Origin: Azolla caroliniana
Lineage: Eukaryota; Plantae; Polypodiophyta
Reading direction: 5' to 3'
Length of the DNA: 64,000 nucleotides
Assembly: GCA_043228905.1 (NCBI GenBank)
Contig: JBHGNT010000007.1
Coordinates: 6,138,001 to 6,202,000, forward strand
A model generated the notes under the pieces. It ran no database searches, was not told the DNA's origin, and saw only the letters and a program-made list of their open reading frames with translations. Position 1 is the first letter of the stretch, and each line of letters starts with the position of its first letter. The position numbers and the translations under genes are program-made. Of the stretch, positions 25,849 through 37,600 are shown in pieces.

Positions 25849-28388
25849 GCGTGTTGTATACCCGCTCGGTGATAAATTTCGAACTCGAATTCCTGTAGTA
25901 GCAATGTCCACCGGGCAAGCTTATTTGTGAGGGATGCCTTAGAGACCAAGTATAAAAGTGCGGAATGGTCTTCGTGAAAAGAAAATTTCTCTCTCAATCT
26001 CTCTCAATCTCTCTCTCTCTCTCTCTCTTGTCACTTGTCTTTCTCTCTCTCCTTACGTTGAACCCCTTGGGAGGGGGGTGGAGCCATTGTAGGCCCCACC
26101 CCGCACCCCACCCCATCCCACCCCACAATGCTTCTCAACATCCTCATGATCTCTCACCATTATACCGTTCATCATCTTCATTATTACACCATGTCTATCT
26201 TCATCATTAGTCCATCATCGCTAACCATTTCCATCTTCGTTATTATCATCAACCCTAACCCTAAAACCCACAACAAAATTTGGCCCAACAAAATAGTGCC
26301 GGAACTTCGTGACACTATAAATCATCCCTAAGGCCTCTCTTTCCGTTGTGGAGCAATTTCGTTCTGCTTGTGATAGTTTCCGGCTCGCATAGTATACCGG
26401 CCGGTACCACTTGGGTTTGGTCAACTGCATAAGTGCGCTGCCGATTGCTATGTCTGACGCGTCGACAAACACATGAAACTCCTTGGACCAGTCCAGGGGT
26501 TGTACTATCGGTGCTTGCGATAATAGTACTTTTAGTGCGCAGTTCGTTGAAATAGTGTCTGGTGAACCGCAACATGCAGCGGTGTTGCAAGATCTGCCAA
26601 ATACTGGAGCATCTGGCTATGCCACCGGATTTGTCCTAAGAATCTGCTTAATGCTTTGGCCGTCGTTGGTGCCAGTGCCTCCAAAATTGCCCTGACTTTG
26701 TAAGGGTCTATTGCTATCCCACCCTCGTTGACAATATGGCCAAGTGGCGTACCACTAGTCACCCCGAATACACACTTTGCCGAGTTCAAGCTTTGCCGGT
26801 ACCCCCTGCATTTCTCTAGGCATAATTGGAGATTGTCCAGGTGTTCCCCTTGCCAGCTATACACCACGAAGTCGTCTAGGAACACCTGCATAAACGCCAG
26901 GATGAACTCTCCAAATATTTCCATGATTATCCGCTGAAAGGTAGCCAACGCCGTCTTCAGTCCAAACATCATCACTACGGCGACAAAAACTTCCCACTCA
27001 GTAATGAACACCATCTTTTCTTGGTCATCGGGATGCATCCATATTTGATTGTAACTACTGAATCCGTCTAGGAAGCTATATACCTCATGACCGGCTACCG
27101 CGTCCAGAACTCCATCCGTGAATGGAAGTGGAAAGGCATCAATCATCGTCGCGGCATTCAGTTTTTGGTAATTGAGACACACCCGGATCTTCCCGTTCTT
27201 CTTCGGCACGACTACTATCGGAATCAACCATGTGGCTTTCTTTACCGGCCAGATAAATCCGACTCGGAGTAACTTGTCGATCTCTTCTTTTACCCTTACT
27301 ACATAATTAGGGTTCATTTGTTAGCACCTTTGTGTTACCGGTTTGGCGTCTTTGCTGGGATGTATCTGATGTTGATACAGCTGCAGATCCAGCCCTCGCA
27401 TATCCTCATAGGACCAGGCAAATATGTCCTGAAATTCTTTCAATAATGTAATCAATGTCGTTTTGTTTTACGGTGACATTTCTTTGGCAATATGTATTGG
27501 TCATGCTTCCTCTCCAGTTCCCAAGTTTACTTCTTCTCGCTGGGACGCCTTCACCCTTTGATATACCGCCATTTCCTGTTCCAGGGCCTCCTGTGTTTGA
27601 CGTAGTTCTCTGACGGCATCCCTATCCAATTCATCTCCCGCATCTTCCGGTTGTGCAATATACGGAGATTTTGCTTCGGCACATCTATTTCGAACAAGGG
27701 TACGATTTTTGGATTATCCTCAAGATACTGATCGACTTCCTCGTCAGCGAGCCCTTCCACCATATTAACGCTTTCAGTGTATAACGGTGTTAGCTCTTTG
27801 TCGGTTCCGGTTTGTGGATGTGTCGGTACTCGTACTTTGGTTTTGCCTCGTCGGAACGTAATCACGTTCTTTCTCCAGTTTTGCTTAATGTGCGCCGTCC
27901 GCAACCATGGTCGTCCAAGCAAGAATGGGTAAGCCCCTTGGGTATTTAAATGGAGAACCACCGCAGAAATGCAGCATTCATGTCCTCCAATTGTTACCTC
28001 CAGATCTCGTATTAAACCGGTGGGTCTTACCGAACTCATATCTACCATCTGGAGCCAAACAGGAAAGGCTCCCACTCCTGGATTCCCAAGATGTCACAAG
28101 TACAAAGGCTGATCTTACATTGATGCCCGATCCTCCGTCGACGATTGTCCCTAGTAGCTCGCGTCCTTTGACAATGGCAATGATTGCCAGATTGCTTGTG
28201 TCCACCACCGCCGGCCCTTCCTCTGGGTTGGAAAAGAAAGCCGGAACCGGCATCCGTGAACTGTGGTACTAATTGTAGTAGTCGACCTAATGGCAACATA
28301 ATTTGACATTCTTGTAATGCCTGCCATGTTGGGTTTTCTGACTGTATTGTGTCGGTGAGCTCCGCTTTCTCCTCTTTCAGGAGAGTAT
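25849..28388 (-). pseudogene. Gypsy-H protease, RT and RNase H
   Basis: IVDGGSGINV..LLGRPWL, DAFPLPF..FLDGFSSYNQI..VFLDDF, VDASDIAIGSAL..TTERE. Confidence 0.93.
25989..26274 (-). mobile_element. 286-bp SINE-like or 5'-truncated non-LTR insert with a (GA)n tail
   Basis: Interrupts RNase H; AAAATTT on both sides (25982-25988, 26275-26281); GA-rich 3' end on the minus strand. Confidence 0.55.
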
Positions 28389-30016
28389 CTTTAAAACTAA
28401 AGTATGACTTAGATAAATCGATTTGCGGTGTATCAAAAACGAGAAGCGAACTACTAGGTAGTGTTGGTACTAGTATCAACAAAATTCCGAATCAACTAGG
28501 AAATTGTTTCAACGTACTATTATGCTAATCTGGTCAATTTAGTGCCGAGTTAGATTACTAACCTTAGTGTTATCGCCGGGACCTGATTAATCACAAACCC
28601 AAGTGGCCTTTTTGGGTCCACTTCCGGAGACTTTCCTCCCGTCGAAGATCTCGTTGGTTTTACCTGCGGATAGTTGGGACCATAATAAGATAAGACTTGA
28701 AAGGTCCCACTTTGCTTGGCTTGCCGGGATGTCGTTGTCGTTTACGTTAGTTTCAGGCTTGTTCCAAGGAATTGGGGCGCGGATTGGAACCGGGGCGCGG
28801 GGTGTCGAGAATTGGAATGCGCCACAAACAAACGATGGATAATTAGGATTTGAACGATGAGTAGGAGAAATCTAAGCCATAAGCGAGGGTTGATAATCAT
28901 CCCTCATATTAGAAATTGTTAGATTCTTTAGCTTAACCAAAGGGACGGACTAATCTGAGGTTGAAAGGTTCGTCAGGGGAAGGAAAGAAGCGAGCGGAAA
29001 CTCGACTGATTATGAGTGTGAAGCCTACCCATGAAACACCTCAAACATCCTATTCTGCAAGAGTTAGCCCTCTTTCAGGCATCATTCCTCTTAGCTTAGA
29101 AAACGATGGCTTGCTCTTCTTTACCCGCGCCTCTTATCTTAAAGGAAAGCGACCTTTACTTAGGCGGGTTACTTAGATTACATAGCCAATAATTTTGTCT
29201 TTTCTTGGTATTGAAATTCTTTTTGAAAGGAAGATAGAGCCACTCTCGGCTCGGTTTTACTACTCACGAGTGAAAAACCAACCCGACTCGACACACCTGA
29301 TGCTCCCAAGCCTATACGCAAAGGCTCTACAGTAAGTGATAGTCCTAGAAGTAATAGTCTTATTATATTATTAGAAGGAGTTCATCCTATGCAAACCCTT
29401 GGTGCATTACCCACCTCAGTTGACACCGATAGGTTTTCGTGATATACTACGAATCAACAAGCTTACTAGCCTAGGGAATCACTAATTTTTTTGAAAACCA
29501 AAGATTATCATGACCACAACTTTAGAAAGACGCGAAAACGCAAGACATAGACTAATGTATTAAGCATTAGATAAGGATAGAATATAGATGAATAGATAAA
29601 AAGGAGAGAGAGAAAGAAGGGTGCCGATCCACCCGACCACCCCCAAGCGAAGGGATCGAGCCGGACTCGAGCCTCGATTGGCGTCCCATACCACCGCCGT
29701 GGCGTTGAGTTGTACCTAGTGCTGGCGCGCTCGCTACAACAGTTGACCCACCACAAGATAGAGGCTCGACGTAGTCAACAAGATCATGAAATGAGGGTGG
29801 CTAGGCCTCTTATTTATAGCGACACCCAAGGCCCCCAGGCAAGTTCACACTTGGCCTAATGGGTTGTCTCAATCCCGAGGATTTAAAAGTAATCCTCCCC
29901 TTCTTTACACTCTCGTTTAACCCTCACACTTATCCACCTGTATAGAATACTATGGTAAATTCTCACCACAATATATTATATGGTCATGCCTGTAACATAC
30001 TCCCCCTCTTTAAAAC
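28388..30016 (-). mobile_element. 1.6-kb insert in PPT-LTR-internal (circularly permuted) order, flanked by the 10-bp direct repeat TCTTTAAAAC
   Basis: Repeat at 28388-28397 and 30007-30016; AAGAGGGGGAG tract then TGTTACA at 29997; probable LTR ~29506-29997; removing the insert restores the host frame. Confidence 0.65.
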
Positions 30017-31229
30017 ATTACACTCTTGCAATGGAAAGTTAGGGAAGTTAGTTCTGAAGATTCCTGGTACTTGGTTGAAATCTTGTTGCCGGTCAATTAG
30101 GCTCATCATCTCGTCTTTGTTTTGGCTGGGTGCCACTCAAGCCTCTCTCCGGCTCTCATGGGTATTCCTTCGCCGGTTCCCGACACTCATCCTTCCAGGT
30201 GTTTCGTTTCTTATTAAAACGTCGATGGTTCTTGTATCCCTGTCAGCAACGATCTTCGTAATTCCCGGGCTGATCCTCTCTCCTTTGGTTGTAGCTTGGA
30301 GAGTGATCACAATCAGAACGGTCACCATTATAATCCCGGTACCTGTTGTAACGGTCCCAGTCATAAGTGTCCCTTCTGTCGTTGTATCGGATATCCTGTA
30401 CTGGCCGGTAACGCTCGTCTCGCTGCCAACGTTCTTCTTCCTCTTCCCGGTCGCTGCGGGTATCGATTTGTCTTACCGGTGCCGCTTGCCGTTCGCATCG
30501 GTCCATTGTGTGCGACTTGGAATGGCATAACATGCAGTATGCCACATGGTACATTCTATTGCAGAGTGCCCGACATTGAGACAAGTGATACATTGTATAG
30601 CTTGCCGAAAACGTAGGTCTCCGTCTGTCGGTAATGCACGCTGGAGTGCCCCCATTGTTAGCCACGAGCTTGTTTTCTCCATCTCCCTGACCCAGTCTAT
30701 GACCTGATCGACCGTGTTGGTGTGGAAATCAATGACTGCGCACACCGTACGTAGGGGTTCCCGGAGTGCTGCTAGGAATATTGCTTTAGCCTCTACTTCT
30801 GGTGGTGCCCGACTTAGCTGGTTGTGCATCTGCTGGAACCGGATTACGAATTGCTAAATGGTTTCCGTAGGTTCTTGCCGTATGGTGTAGAATAGGCTGA
30901 CCATCTCTCGTTGATCCACCTCCTTGTGGAAGGAATGTAAAAATATGGTTTTCAAGTCCTCAAATGTAGTGATGGTGCCGGGAATGTGCATAACGCACCA
31001 TCGCGAGGCTAGTCAGTCCTTCCAAAGTCATGCTAAACTCTGCAATCTTCGATCGTTCTACTTCGGCGGTGTTTAAGCGTTGCGGCACATAGTTTGCTTC
31101 CCATGTATGTAGAAATGCATACACATGGGTTTCCGTGGCCGGATCATCCCGGTACCTGGGATATTGGAATGGCATATCGTTGTCCAGTGTCGGAACTCGA
31201 GCTGGTGGTGACAGTGTTGGAGGTCTTTC
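30017..31229 (-). pseudogene. Gypsy-H gag (central and C-terminal part)
   Basis: PFQYPRYRDDP, Q-x-ET motif, repeated Cys/His knuckles (CITCLNVGHSAIEC, CMLCHSKSHTMDRC). Confidence 0.8.
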
Positions 31230-31619
31230 TGTTGAGAAAGCGTCGCGGAATTCAAATAACAATAGACAGACAACGCTGAAAATACGAATCACACCCGAAT
31301 AACAAAATAGACAAGATAAACAATGGTGCACAGAGATTTACATGGAAACCCTAAAATGGGGAAAAGCACGGGTGAACAGAAACTTCACTATACAAATAGT
31401 GGTCTGGTGTCGAAACTCGAGCTGGTGGTGACAGTGTTGGAGGTCTTTCTGTTGAGAAATCGTCACAGAATTCAAATAACAATAGACAGACAACGCTGAA
31501 AATACGAATCACACCCGAATAACAAAATAGACAAGATAAACAATGGTGCACAGAGATTTACGTGGAAACCCTAAAACGGGGAAAAGCACGGGTGAACAGA
31601 AACTTCACTATACAAATAG
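31180..31619. repeat. 220-bp tandem duplication spanning the host/Copia-4 LTR junction
   Basis: GGAGGTCTTTC|TGTTGAGAAA occurs with the LTR start at both 31230 and 31450. Confidence 0.92.
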
Positions 31620-32029
31620 TGGATATACACCACTGAGAAGGTTACAACACTCTATCGAGTGTATCAGCTGCACAGGGCTCTTCACGCTGCTGTTACACAC
31701 ATAGTTATGGCGCGGCTCACACTTCTTCTCTCTCACTCTCTCCCTCTCTATTTCTATAGTTCTAACTCTGTTCATCCCAAACACACTCTACACACGTAGC
31801 ACATATAGTTTGCCCTAGTTTCATATATACTTACACAACTTTTCAGCTATTTACATACATAACCCTCACGGGACGCTCACTTAGACTATTTACAAACATA
31901 GTCTCTTGAGTTGGCTATTTACACGATTACGGATTCGGCTCCTGTAGTCGTGACTCTTCGACTGTTGGCTTTCCGAACAGTCGGATCTTCCTCCCACTGG
32001 AGGCACATATCCCAACAAACTCCCCCTTC

Positions 32030-34156
32030 ACTCTTGTGGGAGGAAATATGTCAGTCCTATATTTTGTCGACAGACTCTGAGACTGTCCATAGGTAGGTTC
32101 TTTGTAAGCATGTCAGATCCATTGTCGTCAGTATGGATCTTCACAAGGAAAAACTCTCCTTCTTCGACTCTCTCCTGCAACCAGTGATACATTCTCTATA
32201 TGTGCTTGGTTCAGGAGTGGTATGCCGCATTCCTAGCTAGGTGTATGGCGCTTTGGTTGTCATAGTGAAGCAAGAACTCCTTTTGCTTCATGCCTAGTTC
32301 GGTGAGAAAATTTCTCATCTAGACCAGGTCTTTTCCAACCTCTACCGCTGCCATATACTCTGCCTCTATAGTCGACAAGGCTACAGACTTCTGCAGTCGT
32401 GACTGCCACGACACTGCTCCCCCTGCATAGGTCATCACATACCCTGACGTGGATCATCTTGAGTTGGTATCTCCAGACATGTTCGAATTAGAAAAACCTT
32501 CCAGCACAGGTTTTCCGACACCATACCTTAGGCACACACCTGAGGTGCCCTTTAAGTACCTGAGTATCCACTTGACAGCTGCCTAGTGTTCTCTCCCTGG
32601 ATTACTCATATATCGACTTACTGCTCCTACAACAAATGCTATGGCTGGTCTCGTATAGACCATAGCATACATTAGTCTGCCAACGGCCGAGGCATATGGT
32701 ACCTTCCTCATCTCAGCCTTTTCCTTCTGCCCTTTCAGACACTATTTCGCATTCAATCTGCAATTTGTCGGCAACACTGAACCGATCGGCTTTGCATCTA
32801 ACATGTTGAACCTCTAGGATCTTCTTCACATACTTCTGTTGTGATAGCCATAGCACCTTCTGAGCTCTGTCTCGGGTTATGTGCATTCCTATGATTTGTT
32901 TTGCTGGTCCAAGGTCTTTCATGGCAAATGATTTGCCGAGAGCTTTCTTCAAGCTTCCAATCTTCCTTGTGTCTTGACCGACTATCAACATATCATCAAC
33001 ATATAGCAAGAGAATAAAGAAATCTCCTTCCTCGTACCTTTTGACGAACACACAATGATCGGCCTGTGTTTTCTGGAACCGATGTTCCATCATGAAGGAC
33101 TCAAATTTCCTGTAGCATTGGCGTGGAGCTTGTTTCAATCCATACAAGCTTCTCCTTAGTCGACACATCAGGTTCACTTTCACTTTCTCCTCAAAGCCTT
33201 CGGGTTGCTGCATGTAGATTTCTTCTTCTCGCTCCCGGTGCAGAAATGTGGTTTTGACATCCAACTGTTCGATCTCCAGGTCCATGTTGGTTGCTATGCT
33301 CAGAACAGTTTGTATGGATGTCATCTTCACGACTGGTGCAAATATTTTGTCAAAGTTGACGCCCTTCCTTTGTTTGAAACCCTTCACCACTATGGAGGCT
33401 TTATACCTCGGCTTGCTGTCGACTTCTCCAGTCTTGAGCTTGTAGACCCATTTATTCCTGAGTGCTCTCTTACCTTTCGGCAGCTCTACTAGGTCGTATG
33501 TGTAATTCGCGTGCAAAGATTCCATCTCCTCTTGCATCACGTTTAGCCATTTTCCTCTACTCTCGTCGGCAATGGCTTCTTCATAGCACTCCGGTTCACC
33601 GTCATCAGTCAAGAGAATGTATTGACTGGCATATGTAGTCAGTGCCTTCCTTTCTCTGAGTGGGTAACTTCATCCACTCGTTGTTGGCTCTTTTTCGGAT
33701 GTCTCTCCCAACTCTTCTCTTTGCTCGGGATTCTACTCATCAATCGGCATGTCCACGTCGGACAACTCCAACTCATTTCCTCAATTGATTTTAACAGATC
33801 TGCCGACTCTGACTCATGGTCTGTTGGTCTTTCCGAGTCGACCGACTCGGATTCGGCTCGGTCGGCCAGCTATCTCCTTACAGTTGTTGGTGACTACTCA
33901 CTTGGTCTTAAGTCGATGGTAGTTGACGTTGACTGGGCAGTCGGTTCCGACTTCTGATGCTTCCAGTCTTCAATTGTCTTGTCTTCTAGAAAGACTACAT
34001 CCCGACTTCTCACTACCTTCTTGTCGACTAGGTCCCACAACCTGTAGCCAAATTCATCTTCCAAGTATCCCATGAAAATTCATGCTTTCGACTTGCAGTC
34101 GAGCTTTGACCTCTGATCCTTTGGTACATGCATATATGTCAAACATCCAAACACCC
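32030..34156 (-). pseudogene. Copia-4 INT C-terminus, RT and RNase H
   Basis: LLLYVDDMLIVG, SLYGLKQAPRQ, decayed RNase H. Confidence 0.92.
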
Positions 34157-34344
34157 TGTAAAGAATCAAGAGATGGATTCTTCTGAAGCAGAAGAGATGT
34201 AAGTTATGTGTGTGTGTAAGAGAGAGAGTGAAACACAGAGAATACATCCAAACACCCTGTAAAGAATCAAGAGATGGATTCTTGTGAAGCGGAAGAGATG
34301 TGAGTTATGTGTGTGTGTAAGAGAGAGAGTGAAACACCGAGAAT
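34143..34344. repeat. 101-bp tandem duplication spanning the Copia-4/Copia-5 LTR junction
   Basis: ACATCCAAACACCC|TGTAAAGAATC occurs with the LTR start at both 34157 and 34258. Confidence 0.9.
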
Positions 34345-34665
34345 ACGCAAGGTAAAAGTATATTGACAAAGGAGAAAGACTCAACATTATACAAGGTGGG
34401 AGGAGGGTGCTTTATGTAGTCACCCTCTCTCTTCATTAACTACAAGACTCATGGAGCATGGGGAATGTGAAAGCTCATAAGTTATGTGTCATAGAGTATG
34501 ATTCTATGACTCATACTAAATGCTAGAATATAAAGTGGTGACTTAATGGTGACTCTTGACCGTTGGAGTGTCTATTCACTCTCACGGTGAGTTCACACAC
34601 TACACCAAGTTGAGCTTGATTCTCAACACGCCCCCTCAAGCTCAAGTCGGGTCGGTTTCAGACGG
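34157..34665 (-). mobile_element. Copia-5 3' LTR (34157/34258-34628), PPT and short internal stub
   Basis: TGTTGAGA...TTTACA ends on the minus strand, preceded by CTTGAGGGGGCG. Confidence 0.75.
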
Positions 34666-37600
34666 TTTCGCGTTGTTAGGCGCGTACGTGTAGAAAGGGG
34701 CGGGACCACGGGGGTCTTGGACCGAGGAGCGAGAGAGAGAGAGACAGAGAGAGATTCACCGACACGTAGAAGCGAGAAAGAGAGATATAGAATGTAACAC
34801 TTAATTATAATGGCAAGAGATTACAAACTCCGACAGTTACAACCGACAAAGCGGCGACGGACCCGACACGGGGACCCTACTCACGCACACCGACGACAGT
34901 CATACGACTCAAAGAAACAAAGGGGAAAGGGAGCGACTCTGCTGGAAGCACACGGGCTGTCCACGAAGCAGAGGAAGCGACCTCCCGACACCCGTAGAGA
35001 GCGACGATTCGAGTCGAAGAGAGAGAGCTCCACCTTCCGTTCTGCAGCCACGCTTCCCTTCCTCCTCGCGCGCGATATATCGTTTTCTCTTCTCCTCTTC
35101 CCTTTATTCCCTGTCCCCCTCTGGGATACGCACAATCCCCCTCTAATAAATGTGTGTGGCTTAGTAGTCACATCCACCGGTTCATGTACAAAGTATCCAG
35201 TCATGCATCTGTCCGTGTAGGGGCCAGTTTACGCGCTTTCTCTCTGATTCCGCCTATGGCTGGTTTTCTTCACGACATCCACCCCCATCAAACCGCGCAT
35301 CCACCGGTATCCGCCAGAAACGGGTAGATATCGAAGAAACCCGGCCTCACTCGTTGCTCTCCAGTTCTCCGCCGGACCCAAACTGATCGTCGTTGTCGCT
35401 CCGGTCACAGGCTCTGGCTCGTCTTCGAACCTCTTTTTGAAAGCTTTGATCCGCTTTCCGGCCACCGGCACCGCTAATCGTGTCGTGTCGAGCTCCGCGA
35501 GGTGGTACGTGCCGTTGCTGTTCGCGCTCGTCACCATGTAGGGCCCGAACCATCTCCTAGCAAACTTTCGCACCGCCTTGTGCTGATTGTCAAGGCTGCT
35601 GTCGTGTACCAAGACCCAGTCGCCTTCCTCGATCTTCTTTGGTCGCAACCAGTGCGTCCGATTGAACCGGGTCTTGTTCCGCTCCCTCGCCGCTCACAGC
35701 TTTTCCTTCGCCTGTATCACGTCCTCCGGCCTCCGCTCGAGTTGCCGAATCCGCGCCGCTAGCAACTCCTCCCGACTCATTTCGTCCTTCCAATCTACCG
35801 CCGCCCACGAAGAAACCGTCCGTTCCACCGGCATGATCGGCTTTTGTCCGTACATTAGCTCCGCCGGCATGAACCCTGTCACCGAACTGTGCGTAGTCCG
35901 GTTCGCCCATAGCGCATAAGGAAGGAGTCACGACCAATTCCTGACCTGCCCACCGCATGCATGCACCAACGCCTTTACAATCGGTCTGTGCCCACGTTCC
36001 ACCTTTCCGTTCGCCTCCGGATTGTACGTCGTGGTGAGGGAGAGTTTGACGCCTAGCCGGTCGAACAACTCCTCGGCCTCCCGCGCATCCAGCTCTCCCC
36101 GGTCCGCCACGATCCTCCCGACGCACCCGTACCGACACACTAATTCTTCGATCAAGAATTGGCATACCGCCGCGGTTGTCTTGCTTTGCATTGCACGACC
36201 TTCCACCTAGTTCGTCATGTCTTCCCGTGCAAGCACCAGGTATCGCATCTGTCCTACAGCCATCGGCATTGTCACCAAGTCCACCATCCACTTGAAATGG
36301 ACCGTAGGCGGGTAGGTCGGGTGTAGCTCGGGTGTAGCTCGTCCCGGTGTCGGACTACGGAGTGCACCTGACAGCTTTCGCAAGTCGTTACGAACCGATG
36401 CACGTCCTGGTATAGCCCCGGCCACCAGTACTTCTCCTTTAGCTTCTCGAACGTGGCCCACGTTCTGCGGTGTTCGGCCCATGGGCTCTCGTGGAATGCC
36501 GCCAATAGTTTCCTCTGCTCTTCTTTCTTTGCCACTACTCGGAGTGGGATGCCGCCTCTCTTCTTTGGGTGTTTCCATATGCACCCGTCCCGCATGAAGA
36601 ATCGGTATGCCTTCCTCCGTATCCGGCTCGCCTCCTCTCTCGCCCATGCTGTGTCCGGCGTCATCGTCCGTAGGAACCTCCCGATTTGGAGCCACTCCCC
36701 ATCGTACCTGCTTTCGTCAAATTTGTTAAGCGCCGGAGTGTTCCATTTCCTTCTTGTCGTTACGTTAGCCGACCTGAAGAAGTCCTCGCTGACTTCTTCG
36801 TCTTCCGAAACCATGTCGTCTTCGTCGTTGAACCTTGCCCTCGAAAGCATGTTGGCCATGGCGTTGTCCTTTCCGGAGATGTGCTGTATCTCCGGGTTCA
36901 GGGACTTAATGTATGCTATCCACCGGAGCATTGCTAGGTCCGGCGTCGCGCATCCGGAAACCATGCCAAGTATCGGCAGGCAGTCCGCCTCGATAATCAC
37001 CTCCGTCCGGATCAGATAATCCTTGTCGGCCTTGACCGCCGAAACGACACCCCAAAGTTCGCGCTTAACTTGGGCGTACCCTCACTGCCGCTCGCTCAAT
37101 ACCTTCGCCCCGAACCGGATCGGGAATCGTACGCCGCCCTTGTCCTCCTGACTGATTACCCACCCGATCCCGGTCGGGCTGGTGTCCACCGTTACGCAGA
37201 TGGGAACATCCTTGCCGTAAACCGCTTTACGAAGAGCTGGCGCTGCCGTAAGCGCCTCCTTTAGTCTCCGAACCGACTCTGTGTGCTCCGTCCTCCACTC
37301 AAAGCTACGCCCCTTTTTCAATAATCCGTAGAGGGGTTCCGCGACATGTGCGTAGTGCGGGATCCAGATGTGGTAGAACGCGCTGTCGTGAAGGATTTGC
37401 TTCACGATATAAAAATAAACTTGAATATTGTATTAAGTAACATTTGAGAGACTTGAACCCGTAACCTCACACACCAAGGATAAAGCATATACCATTAGGA
37501 TAAGTAATTTTCTATAGTTATATTTTTATCACAATACTTATGACATGTGTATCTTCATACATTAGAGCTTAGATGAGCATGATGGCTATCATGCATCACA

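Noticed and set aside
26250-26270. Interstitial telomere
   Set aside because: Only 2-3 imperfect units inside a short insert.
30007-30017. UUUAAAG slippery site in Gypsy-H
   Set aside because: After removing the insert the gag frame already continues into FKDTLL, so no shift is needed.
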